Assembly (NCBI GenBank): GCA_963809895.1
Contig: CAWELD010000010.1
Span: 1,152,001 to 1,216,000 of the forward strand
DNA: 64,000 nt
Reading direction: 5' to 3'
Source: an uncultured Gemmatimonadales bacterium
GTDB taxonomy: Bacteria > Gemmatimonadota > Gemmatimonadetes > Longimicrobiales > Gaopeijiaceae
The first letter of the stretch is position 1. The number at the start of each line of letters is the position of its first letter. Positions 40,966 through 49,043 of this stretch are shown piece by piece. The translations under genes and the position numbers were made by a program. Under the pieces are notes generated by a model. That model was given only the letters and a program-made list of their open reading frames with translations, ran no database searches and had not been told where the DNA came from.

Positions 40966-41954
40966 GCCCCGTTCTCCAGCCGCACGTCGGCGGGGAGGCC
41001 CGGCTTGAGCGCCAGCGCCTCGTCGTCCACCACCTGCACCTTCACCGGGTAGACGAGCTGGGTGCGCTCGTCGGGGGTCTGCACGTTGCGGGGCGTGAAC
41101 TCGGCCTCGCTGCCGATGAAGACCACCCGTCCGCGGAAGGTCCGATCGGGGAGAGCGTCGATGTGGATGTCCGCCTCCTGCCCGAGGGACACCCGTCCGA
41201 TCCGGTCCTCGCGCACGTAGATGCGCACCCAACGGTCGTTCGGGTCCATGAGGGTGAGTACCGGTGCGCCGGGCGCCACCACCTCACCGGGTTCCCGGTG
41301 ACGCACGGTGACCAACCCTGCCCGGGGCGCGATCAGAACCGTCTGGTCCAGGGTGGCCCGGGTGCGGTCGGCGGTGGCCTGCGCCTGGCGGAGCAGGGCG
41401 CGCTGGGCCTGAATGGTCTCGGCCCGCGGTCCTTCCTGGGCGAGCGCCAGGGCTTGTTCGGCCTGTTCGCGCGTGGCGCTGGCCGATTCCAGGGCGGTTT
41501 CGGCCTGGTCCAACGCCTGATCCGACACCGCGCCGCCCTGGTGCAGACGGCGGGCCCGTTCGGCGTTGCTGCGCGCTTCGTCCTCGCGTCTCCGGGCCGC
41601 TGCGAGCGCGGCCTGGGCGCTGGCGATCTCCTGGGGCCGGGTGCCCCGCTCCAGCTCCTGCAGGCGGGCGGCGGCGGCGGCGCTCTGGGCTTCGGTGGCG
41701 TCCAGCGCCGCCCGGATCTCCTGATCGTCGAGCCGGGCCAGCGTGTCGCCGGCCTGGACGCGGTCGCCCTCGCGGGGGCTCACCCCGACGATGCGTCCCG
41801 GAAGCTGAAAGCCCAGATCGGCCTCGGTGGCCTCCACGGTGCCCGACGCTTCCAGGGCGCCACTGTTGCCGCCGTCTCGGCCGAATGCCCACCAGAGGGC
41901 GCCGGCCACGGCGACCACCACGACCACGAGTCCCACGATGCGTATGCGCTTCAC
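40962..41954 (-). CDS. HlyD-family membrane fusion protein (YbhG-like)
   Basis: N-terminal TM, SGTVEA, coiled coil, AEFTPRNVQT..ER..LVY, LKPGLPAD. Confidence 0.92.
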   Translation of the reverse strand: MKRIRIVGLVVVVVAVAGALWWAFGRDGGNSGALEASGTVEATEADLGFQLPGRIVGVSPREGDRVQAGDTLARLDDQEIRAALDATEAQSAAAAARLQELERGTRPQEIASAQAALAAARRREDEARSNAERARRLHQGGAVSDQALDQAETALESASATREQAEQALALAQEGPRAETIQAQRALLRQAQATADRTRATLDQTVLIAPRAGLVTVRHREPGEVVAPGAPVLTLMDPNDRWVRIYVREDRIGRVSLGQEADIHIDALPDRTFRGRVVFIGSEAEFTPRNVQTPDERTQLVYPVKVQVVDDEALALKPGLPADVRLENGA

Positions 41955-43273
41955 GGCTGGTCCTCCAGCAGACGTTCGATCCAGTTCATGTCCAACGTGC
42001 CCACGGCACGGGCCCACGCGATGCGGGAGAGCAGGACGGAGCGGCGTGCTTCGGCCAGCCCGGCCCGTGCCTGGTAGAGCCCCGCTTCGGCGCGCAGAAA
42101 GTCCGTCTGCACGCCCGATCCCTCGTCCAGCGCCAACCGCTCCACCCGGGCCAGCTCCTCGTAGCGGTCCACCGCCGCCTCCAGGGCGGTCATGCGGGCC
42201 CGGGCCTCGTCCTCACCCGTGCGGGCCGCATCGGCGGCCAGCGCGACCTGCTCCCGCGCGATGTCGATGCGGGCTTCAGAGGCGCGACTCCGGGCGTTGG
42301 CGGCGTCGACGGCGCTGCGGCGGGCGCCCCCCGTGAAGAGCGGGTAGCTGATCCGAAGGCCTCCCTGCCACTCGCCGTTGGCGTCGGTGCTGCCACCGGC
42401 GTAGAGGTTGTAGCCGGCCGCAGCGTCGAGCTCCGGAAGCCAGGCGGCGCGGGCGACGTCCAGCTCGGCCCGGGCGGCGCGGGCCTGGCGCACCGCGGCG
42501 CGGACCGGGGGTGACGCGTCCACCAGGGAATCAGCGGGGCGTGCGGCGCCCGGGAGCCCGGGGTCGGCCAGAGGCGCGTCGCGGAGCTCCTGGGCCGGCT
42601 CGTCCAGGAGGCGGCCCAGGGTGGCGGCAGCCAACTCCAGCGCGCGCCGCGCACCTTCGCCGTCGGCCCGTACCTGCGCGAGCTCGGCTTCGGCCCTCAG
42701 GAGATCGAGACGCGGCGCGGTGCCCTCGTCCAGGAAGCGCTGGACGCGGGCGCGTTCCGCCTCCAGGGCGGCCTCGCGCCGGTCCTGGGCCTCGACCACG
42801 TCCCGGGCGGTGAGGAGCTGCAGATATGCCTGCGCAGTGCGCTCCACGAGTGCGGCCTCGGCTTCGGACAGCTGGGCCCGGGAGACGTTCTCCAGCGCCC
42901 GGGCCCGCGCCACCTCGGCGCCGCGCTTGCCGCCGTCGAAGATCGTATAGCGCAGCCCCACCGTGCCCTGGATGAGCGTGCGGTCGAAGTCCGGCGCCTG
43001 CGTGATGTCGAAGGCGTGGATGGGCGCCACCACCATGGGCTCCTGGAAGCGCGTGGCCGCGCCCTGCAGCGAGAGCCCGGGCAGCCAGGCGGCCCGGGCA
43101 GCGCTCACCCCGGCGCCCGCCGCCTCGGTGGCGTCGCGTGCCGCCTCCACCGAGGGATGGACCTCCAGCGCCCGGCGCACCACGTCGGCGAGGGTGCGTT
43201 CCTGGGCGCGGGCAGAGAGCGGCCACAAGGTCAGTACGAGCCCGCCCAGAGCGAGAGTGGAAAGGGATCTCAT
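41951..43273 (-). CDS. TolC family outer-membrane efflux protein
   Basis: Signal peptide; two repeats (AAWLP...IFDGG and AAWLP...LFTGG). Confidence 0.9.
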   Translation of the reverse strand: MRSLSTLALGGLVLTLWPLSARAQERTLADVVRRALEVHPSVEAARDATEAAGAGVSAARAAWLPGLSLQGAATRFQEPMVVAPIHAFDITQAPDFDRTLIQGTVGLRYTIFDGGKRGAEVARARALENVSRAQLSEAEAALVERTAQAYLQLLTARDVVEAQDRREAALEAERARVQRFLDEGTAPRLDLLRAEAELAQVRADGEGARRALELAAATLGRLLDEPAQELRDAPLADPGLPGAARPADSLVDASPPVRAAVRQARAARAELDVARAAWLPELDAAAGYNLYAGGSTDANGEWQGGLRISYPLFTGGARRSAVDAANARSRASEARIDIAREQVALAADAARTGEDEARARMTALEAAVDRYEELARVERLALDEGSGVQTDFLRAEAGLYQARAGLAEARRSVLLSRIAWARAVGTLDMNWIERLLEDQP

Positions 43274-43920
43274 GTCGTCTCCGAAGGTGCGGCGAGGGCC
43301 GCGGCGGCCACCGCCGCCACATGCTCCTCGAGTGCGGCCAGGTGGTCCGGCCCCATGGGGTCGTCGGCTCCCAGATGGGTGACAGCGCGCCGGACGAGGG
43401 CGAAGTAGACCGGTTGCGAGACCAGGCTCAGGGTGAGCCAGATGGGGTTGCCCTGCCGGAGCTCACCGCGCGCCTGACCGTCCTGGATCATGTCCACCAG
43501 GATCCGGGCCGTGCGTGACAACAGGTCCACCACCGGCGGCGGTGGTTGCTTGCCGGCCGCGATCTCCTGCAGCAGAAGGTGCGGAAGGTCCGGATTGGCG
43601 GCGAGGTGCTCCACGTAGGCGCGGGCCACCCGCTTTACCCGCTCCGGACCCGAGGCGTCCACCGCGACCGCCTTCTTCAGGCGGGGAAGGAGCGTGCCCA
43701 GGGCCTGTTCCAGGACCTCGCGATAGAGCCCTTCCTTGGACCCGAAGTGATAGGTCACGGCGCCCAGGTTGGCGCCGGCTTCGCGGGTGATGGCGCGGAT
43801 CGACGCGCCGTCGTATCCGCGGCGCCCGAAGACGCGGCGGCCGGCCTCGAGAAGGGCGTCTCGCGTGGCTCGTCCGGGCTCGTCCGGAGGCGTGTCGGGG
43901 TCTACGTTGCGTTGATTCAT
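43270..43920 (-). CDS. TetR/AcrR family regulator
   Basis: GYDGASIRAITREAGANLGAVTYHFGSKEGLY. Confidence 0.93.
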   Translation of the reverse strand: MNQRNVDPDTPPDEPGRATRDALLEAGRRVFGRRGYDGASIRAITREAGANLGAVTYHFGSKEGLYREVLEQALGTLLPRLKKAVAVDASGPERVKRVARAYVEHLAANPDLPHLLLQEIAAGKQPPPPVVDLLSRTARILVDMIQDGQARGELRQGNPIWLTLSLVSQPVYFALVRRAVTHLGADDPMGPDHLAALEEHVAAVAAAALAAPSETT

Positions 43921-43956
43921 ACGTTCGTATCATACACGATGCGAGCGGGGCGTCAA
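43919..43956 (-). promoter_or_regulatory. sigma70-like promoter with overlapping palindromic operator for the tetR efflux operon
   Basis: TTGACG (43956-43951), 16 nt, TATGAT (43934-43929), then 8 nt to the ATG; palindrome ATACG-TT-CGTAT at 43919-43930. Confidence 0.6.
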
Positions 43957-44300
43957 GGGGGCGGCGGGGGCGGCGTTGGGGGGGGCCGGGTGGGCGGTGA
44001 GGTGGGTGCCGGGTGGTGAGGCGGGTGGCCGGACGGTGGGCGGGTGGCCGGGTGGGCGGCGGTGGGGTGGGGTGGTTGGGCGCCTGGGCCGGCGGAGGGG
44101 TGGCGGGCGGGTGGCCCGACGGTTGGGCGGGTGGTCGTGGAGGGGCGGGCCCGAGACCGCATGGGGTGGATGGTTGGACGGGCGGGTGCCGGGTGGCGGG
44201 CGGGTAGAGGTGGCCGCCTGTCTGGCGCGGCGCCCCTTCGGCGATCGGTCGCAGGTTGGCTGGTTACCGTATGGCGGTGGGTCACGGTCGGGCGCCGGGC
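43957..44300 (+). repeat. G-rich low-complexity tract
   Basis: Dense GGG/GGGTGG/GCGGGTGG runs with very few A; translations in all frames are low-complexity. Confidence 0.75.
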
Positions 44301-44615
44301 GAGGAGCCGGGCGGCGGGCCGGTCGTTGACGGGCGGTGGCGCGGCCGGCGGGTGCCGACAACTCCGCAAGCGCCGGCCGTTTGGGAGAGCTCGCGGCCCT
44401 GGCGGCGATTATCGCGGCGGATCGCGCAAGCGCCGGCGGGCGTCCGGGGCCGTGCAGCCTTTGCCGCAACTATTGCCGCGAATCCTGCGAGCGAGCGCCG
44501 ACAAGGGGGTCCTTGCAGGCCTGACGGCGATCTCAGCGTCCCTGGGGCGACCCAGGGTCGCGGTGGGGGCGCCACGCAGCCCTGGGCCCGGCGCCTTTTC
44601 GGCTACCCGCGGTCC

Positions 44616-44820
44616 GATGGGCCGTCGACATGTTCGCCCGGGGCCGGCCATGCGCGGATGGGCCGCCGACATGTTCGCCCGGGCGCGGCCATGCGCGGAT
44701 GGGTCGCCGACATGTTCGCCCGGGCGCGGCCATGCGCGGATAGGCCGCCGACATGGTCGCCTGGGCGGGGCCATGCGCAGACGGGCCGCAGACATGATCA
44801 CCCGGGCGCGGCCAGGCCCC
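44616..44820. repeat. Five tandem copies of a 41-bp unit
   Basis: Consensus GATGGGCCGCCGACATGTTCGCCCGGGCGCGGCCATGCGCG; copies start at 44616, 44657, 44698, 44739 and 44780 with no spacers. Confidence 0.92.
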
Positions 44821-44942
44821 ACGGGCCGCCGCCTCAGGAGCCGGCCCGCCACCTCACGCCCCGGCGCCCACCGCATCGTGCACTGGCACCCGCCGCCTCA
44901 TGGCCCGGCCCAATCCGCATCGCTAGCTGCGGCGCCGCCACC

Positions 44943-45776
44943 TCACGCCCCGGCGCCCCCTGCCTCACGCCCGCCACCGCGGGGGGCTCCCCGCGCCTCG
45001 GACCGGCACTGTTCCACGATCTGGCGCAGCGCCTTCATGCCTTCCACGAGCCTGGGACCGGGGCGCCCCATCCACGCTTCGGGCACGCACACCACACGAC
45101 CATGGCGCACGGCGGGCACGTCGGCGAACGCCTCGTTGCGGTAGACCACATCGGGGCGATACTTGGCGGGGTCCACGCCGCACCAGGACAGGACGATGGC
45201 GTCGGGGGCCATGTGGGCCACCTCCTCGTCGGGTATGGGGCGGCTCTTGACCTCTTCCCGTCCCAGGGGATTCTCCGCGCCGGCCCGCTCCAGGACGTCG
45301 TGGGTCCAGCTCAGGCGTCCGGGTGCGATCACGGGTTTGGGCCACCACTGGACGAGCACACGGGGTCGCGGCCCCGCGCCTTCCGCCGCCGCGCCTGGCG
45401 CCTCCAGCTCGCGGCGCATGTCACGCACCAGCGCCTCGGCCCGCTCGGGCACCCCGAGACGGTCGGCGATGTCTCGGACGTCGCGGTACACGTCGGCGAG
45501 GGACACCGGCTCCGGCGCGATCCACGGGAGGCCGGCGGCCTCGAGCCGCTCGACGACCCGTTCGTGTCCCGGCACGGTGAGGGTGGCCAGCACCAGGTCC
45601 GGATCCAGGGCCGCCACCTTGTCCACGTCCACGTCGAGGTCGGGCCCCACGCGGGGGAGTCGATCCACGACTTCCGTGGGGAAGTCGGAGTGGTCGTCGA
45701 CGCCCACCAGGAGGTCCGCGCACCCGAGGGCGCACACGATCTCGGTGTTGGAGCAGGCCAGCGATACGACACGCAT
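44943..45776 (-). CDS. BtuF-like helical-backbone (cobalamin/siderophore-binding) protein
   Basis: MRVVSL..SNTEIVCALG..LVGVD..SDFP, LDPDLVL, RPGPRL.EG. Confidence 0.85.
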   Translation of the reverse strand: MRVVSLACSNTEIVCALGCADLLVGVDDHSDFPTEVVDRLPRVGPDLDVDVDKVAALDPDLVLATLTVPGHERVVERLEAAGLPWIAPEPVSLADVYRDVRDIADRLGVPERAEALVRDMRRELEAPGAAAEGAGPRPRVLVQWWPKPVIAPGRLSWTHDVLERAGAENPLGREEVKSRPIPDEEVAHMAPDAIVLSWCGVDPAKYRPDVVYRNEAFADVPAVRHGRVVCVPEAWMGRPGPRLVEGMKALRQIVEQCRSEARGAPRGGGREAGGAGA

Positions 45777-45895
45777 GCTGCCCGGTACCCGAAGGCTCGG
45801 ACGGGGGTCCGGCCCGACCCCGTCGCGGCACACCGGCCGCGGTCGGGGGTGCAATCACACACGTCGCACATCACCGCTCCAACTCTCGAAGAGCC

Positions 45896-46477
45896 ATGGC
45901 AAGCACTCCGTCCACCATGTCCCGGCTGGGCACGACCGCCCCGGCCTTCGCCCTACCGGATCCCGTGACCGGTGAGACCGTCTCCCTCGACGATTTCGCC
46001 GAGGCGCCGGCGCTCCTCGTGGTCTTCATCTCCAACCACTGCCCGTACGTGAAGCACATTCGCCAGGGGCTGGCTGCCTTCGGCCGTGACTATCAGGCCC
46101 GGGGCCTGGCCATGGTGGCCATCAACGCCAACGACGTCGACCGCTATCCGGACGACGCGCCGGACAAGATGGCCGACGAGGCGCGCACGCACGGGTACAC
46201 GTTTCCGTACCTGTTCGACGAGACCCAGGAGGTCGCCCGCGCCTACCGCGCCGCGTGCACGCCGGACTTCTTCCTGTTCGACGGCGACCGGCGCCTCGTC
46301 TACCGGGGCCAGTTCGACGCCAGCCGGCCAGGCAACGGCGTGCCGGTGACGGGTGAGGATCTACGGAAGGCTGCGGACGCGGTTCTGGAGGGCGGAAGCC
46401 CTTCGGACGACCAGCATCCCTCGGTCGGCTGCAACATCAAGTGGAAGCCGGGGAACGAGCCGGACTACTTCGGCTGA
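45896..46477 (+). CDS. Thioredoxin-fold redoxin (AhpC/TSA-like)
   Basis: APAFALPD, SNHCPYV, FPYLFDETQ.VA..Y.AACTPDFF, SVGCNIKW. Confidence 0.92.
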   Translation: MASTPSTMSRLGTTAPAFALPDPVTGETVSLDDFAEAPALLVVFISNHCPYVKHIRQGLAAFGRDYQARGLAMVAINANDVDRYPDDAPDKMADEARTHGYTFPYLFDETQEVARAYRAACTPDFFLFDGDRRLVYRGQFDASRPGNGVPVTGEDLRKAADAVLEGGSPSDDQHPSVGCNIKWKPGNEPDYFG

Positions 46478-46581
46478 GACGGGGAGTCGCTGGCGAGGAG
46501 CGCGCCGGGGGCGCCCGGCTGCCGCCGCGCCACGCTCGCCCCCGCCCGTCCCCGGCCTGCCGCGGAATCCCCTGAAATGAC

Positions 46582-46618
46582 GGAGGCCACCGGTGCCCGT
46601 CAGACACCGATGGCCTCC
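46582..46618 (-). terminator. Terminator-like hairpin
   Basis: Minus strand GGAGGCCATCGGTG / CACCGGTGGCCTCC (14 bp, one U-G pair), followed by a weak tail GTCATTTC. Confidence 0.55.
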
Positions 46619-46685
46619 TTCTGCTGTCCGGACCTGGCGCGAACGCCACTACCCGGCGCGAACAGCCTGATCGACGATGCTCGAC

Positions 46686-46748
46686 TTAGTAGCCGAAGCG
46701 GCGATCGCTTGCCCGTGCCAGGTCGGACAGGGTACTCGGACTAGACAA
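46686..46748 (-). CDS. Candidate 20-aa small ORF MSSPSTLSDLARASDRRFGY
   Basis: TTG start 6 nt after GGAGGT; TAA stop at 46688-46686. Confidence 0.4.
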   Translation of the reverse strand: MSSPSTLSDLARASDRRFGY

Positions 46749-46874
46749 GGGATCACCTCCTTTTTGCGGGGAAACATCGGGCACCACACCGGAAGGCTCA
46801 GAGCCTTCGGTCCGGGACCGGCGCCCTCGGGACGCCGGGATCCACGGCCCAGGCCGCCGCATGCGACCGACGAG

Positions 46875-46904
46875 AACCTACACGACATCCCCCGTCGGGT
46901 TCAA
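46875..46904 (-). promoter_or_regulatory. Candidate sigma70-like promoter for the small RNA
   Basis: TTGAAC (46904-46899), 18 nt, TAGGTT (46880-46875). Confidence 0.35.
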
Positions 46905-46957
46905 CACCCTTCCAGTGTGGTCCCGCTCGAACGCAACGGGACCTTTGCGCCGCTGCA

Positions 46958-47629
46958 CTAGAGATTCTGCCACGTTCGCCGCAGCAGAAGCCCGCAGACC
47001 ACCAGCGCCACCGCGATCCACAGGATTCCCCAGAAGAGCGTGGGGATGCCCGTGAGCTGGGCCAGCATGGCGGCGTCGGACTGCAGGCCGGGCCGGTCCA
47101 GGATGTCGCTCTTGATGTCGAGGACGGCGTAGAGGCAGGAGGTGAGTCCCAACGCCATGAGGATGCGGGCGCTCCACACCGAGGGCATGCGGCGGCCGGA
47201 CCACAGCAGCGTGCCGCCGAACGCCAGCCCGAACACCACCCCGAACAGGTTGCGGATGTAGAGCGCGGTCAGGACCAGCACCGCGCCTCCCACCAGCGAC
47301 AGCAGGAGACCGGGTCGCGCGCGCTTGGACTGGGATCCCAGGGCGAGCAGCGATCCCAGCACGAGGCTGCCGAGATAGCCGGCCGACAAGGTCAGGAACG
47401 GAATCCCCCCGGTGCCCATGGTGACCCCACCCTCCGCCGGATCCAGCATGATGTGGCCCACCTTGCCGCCGGTGGCCACGATCATGAGGGCGTGGCTCGT
47501 CTCGTGGAGGAGCACCACGAAGATCTTCAGCGGATAGATGACCGGGGTGTACCAGAGGTACCAGACGGCGATGAAGTAGGCGCCGAACCCCAGCAGAAAG
47601 CGCAGGCGCTTCTGTGTCGAGGGTTTCAT
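46958..47629 (-). CDS. M50 family membrane metallopeptidase (M50B-like)
   Basis: HETSH in a TM context, SAGYLG, SDA..LA. Confidence 0.85.
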   Translation of the reverse strand: MKPSTQKRLRFLLGFGAYFIAVWYLWYTPVIYPLKIFVVLLHETSHALMIVATGGKVGHIMLDPAEGGVTMGTGGIPFLTLSAGYLGSLVLGSLLALGSQSKRARPGLLLSLVGGAVLVLTALYIRNLFGVVFGLAFGGTLLWSGRRMPSVWSARILMALGLTSCLYAVLDIKSDILDRPGLQSDAAMLAQLTGIPTLFWGILWIAVALVVCGLLLRRTWQNL

Positions 47630-47637
47630 GTCTCTTC

Positions 47638-48876
47638 CTACGGCCTCTCCGAAGGAGGGGTTTCGATGCGATATGCGCGTTCCAGGAGGCCGGACGCCAC
47701 CCTGCGCACCTCGTCCCGGGCCCCGGTGGCGTTCTGGCCGGAGGCCCCCAGCGCCGCCAGCGCGGCCTCTCGGACGCCTTCGTGGGACAGCCTGGGGTCG
47801 AAGCCCAGGAGCGTGGCCCAACCGTTGGCCCGGTCCCGCCACTGACGGCGGATTTCTTCCGTCCATCCCTCGGATGCGGTGAGGCCGCCTGCCGTTGCCT
47901 GGCGGGCCATGGCCACGGCTCCCGCGATCTCCTTCACGAGCGTGGCGCCATCGGCTGCCGACCCCGACAGCGCCCGCATCCGGCGCGGGCGTTCCATGGC
48001 CGCCAGCGCCGCCCGCAGGGTGTCCAGGGTGAGCGTGCCACCGGCCCAGCGGGCCACCGTGAGCGTATCGGGCGCCCCGGGGGTCGAGAGCGCGGCCAAC
48101 GCGTCCTCCTCGAGGGCGAGCCCGTCGGGCTCGGGCGCGTGGGTCGCATCCGTGTCGAGGGTGGTGAGCATGCCGGCCACTTCCAGCTCGACGCCGGTCC
48201 GGGCCTCCTCGAAGGGCACCACCTGGCGATCCTCCAGGCGCAGGACGTGGAAGCCGTACTGGGTCTCCACCACGTCGCTGATCTCGCCCGGCTCCAGGGC
48301 CATGGCCGCGTTCCAGAACTCGTCGACCCAGGACCCCTCGCGGCCGGGAGTGAGCAGGCCCTGGCGGCCCTCCGCGCCCGGCTCCTCCGACACGTCGGCG
48401 GCCACCTCGGGAAAATCCTCGCCGTTGCGGATCCGCTCCAGCGCCCGCTCCGCCTTGGCCCGGGCCTGCGCCCGCGTCGCGTCCGTTTCGTAACGGGGGG
48501 AGAGGATGAGGAGATGCCGAACGGTGAGCTCGTAGCGCGGCTCGGTCAGGTAGCGCGCCCGCAGCACGTCGTCACCCACGCCGGCGGAGTCCAGGGCGCG
48601 CTCCGCCTGCCACAGCTGCCACAGACGATCCCGTTGCCGGGAGGTCACCCACGGCTCGGCCACGGCGTCCAGCGTCGAATCGGCCACGGCGAGGCCCAGG
48701 GCGGCGAGATCGCCCAGCAGCTCCCGCCGGTCGGCCGAGAGCCCGAGAAGATCCCGCTCCTGGTAGCGGATCCCGTCGACGCGGAGCGCGGGGGGCGCCT
48801 GTCCGCACGCCGTCGCCAGCAGGGCCATCAGCGCCAGGAGGGGGCGGGAACGAGGAGTGGAGTCGCGACGAGCCAT
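47638..48876 (-). CDS. PpiC/parvulin peptidyl-prolyl isomerase lipoprotein
   Basis: Lipobox LATAC; VRHLLI, GEDF..VA...S, EISDVVETQYGFHVLRL. Confidence 0.88.
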   Translation of the reverse strand: MARRDSTPRSRPLLALMALLATACGQAPPALRVDGIRYQERDLLGLSADRRELLGDLAALGLAVADSTLDAVAEPWVTSRQRDRLWQLWQAERALDSAGVGDDVLRARYLTEPRYELTVRHLLILSPRYETDATRAQARAKAERALERIRNGEDFPEVAADVSEEPGAEGRQGLLTPGREGSWVDEFWNAAMALEPGEISDVVETQYGFHVLRLEDRQVVPFEEARTGVELEVAGMLTTLDTDATHAPEPDGLALEEDALAALSTPGAPDTLTVARWAGGTLTLDTLRAALAAMERPRRMRALSGSAADGATLVKEIAGAVAMARQATAGGLTASEGWTEEIRRQWRDRANGWATLLGFDPRLSHEGVREAALAALGASGQNATGARDEVRRVASGLLERAYRIETPPSERP

Positions 48877-49043
48877 GGGCCTGGAGACGGATGCGGTGGC
48901 AGGAGGGTTGAGAGAGAGTAGAAGGGTGTGGCGCCGGGGCCAACCCCGGGCATCACCCTCCCGGGCGCGGGAGGGATCTTCCACGGTGCCAGGCGCGTAT
49001 AGGACTTTCGACCCCAGCTTCACACTCCTTACGTCAGGAGCCT

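Larger units (their letters stand above)
46574..46868 (-). ncRNA. Candidate structured small RNA / sORF transcript with a perfect 16S-tail complement
   Basis: Candidate promoter, several hairpins including UUCG loops, AAAGGAGGTGATCC element, long-range stem and 3' hairpin. Ends are inferred. Confidence 0.5.

Noticed and set aside
44616..44820. CRISPR array
   Set aside because: Units are head-to-tail with no unique spacers, and there are no cas genes in the window.
43930..45144. Pro/Arg/Gly-rich ORFs across the intergenic repeat region
   Set aside because: Low-complexity translations of G-rich and 41-bp repeats.
44300..45895. Cobalamin riboswitch near the BtuF-like gene
   Set aside because: No B12-box consensus was seen, and the structured region lies downstream of the gene.
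46750..46763. 16S rRNA gene fragment (GGATCACCTCCTTT on the plus strand)
   Set aside because: The flanking sequence does not resemble 16S helix 44/45 or an ITS; only the 14-nt tail matches.
46574..46868. tmRNA, 6S, SRP or RNase P identity for the candidate RNA
   Set aside because: I could not see a tRNA-like end or ALAA-type tag, an SRP loop motif, RNase P conserved boxes, or a single long 6S-type rod. An Rfam scan is still needed.
46649..46888. 79-aa ORF on the minus strand
   Set aside because: No recognisable features; it begins inside the promoter candidate, and the strong SD points to a different frame.
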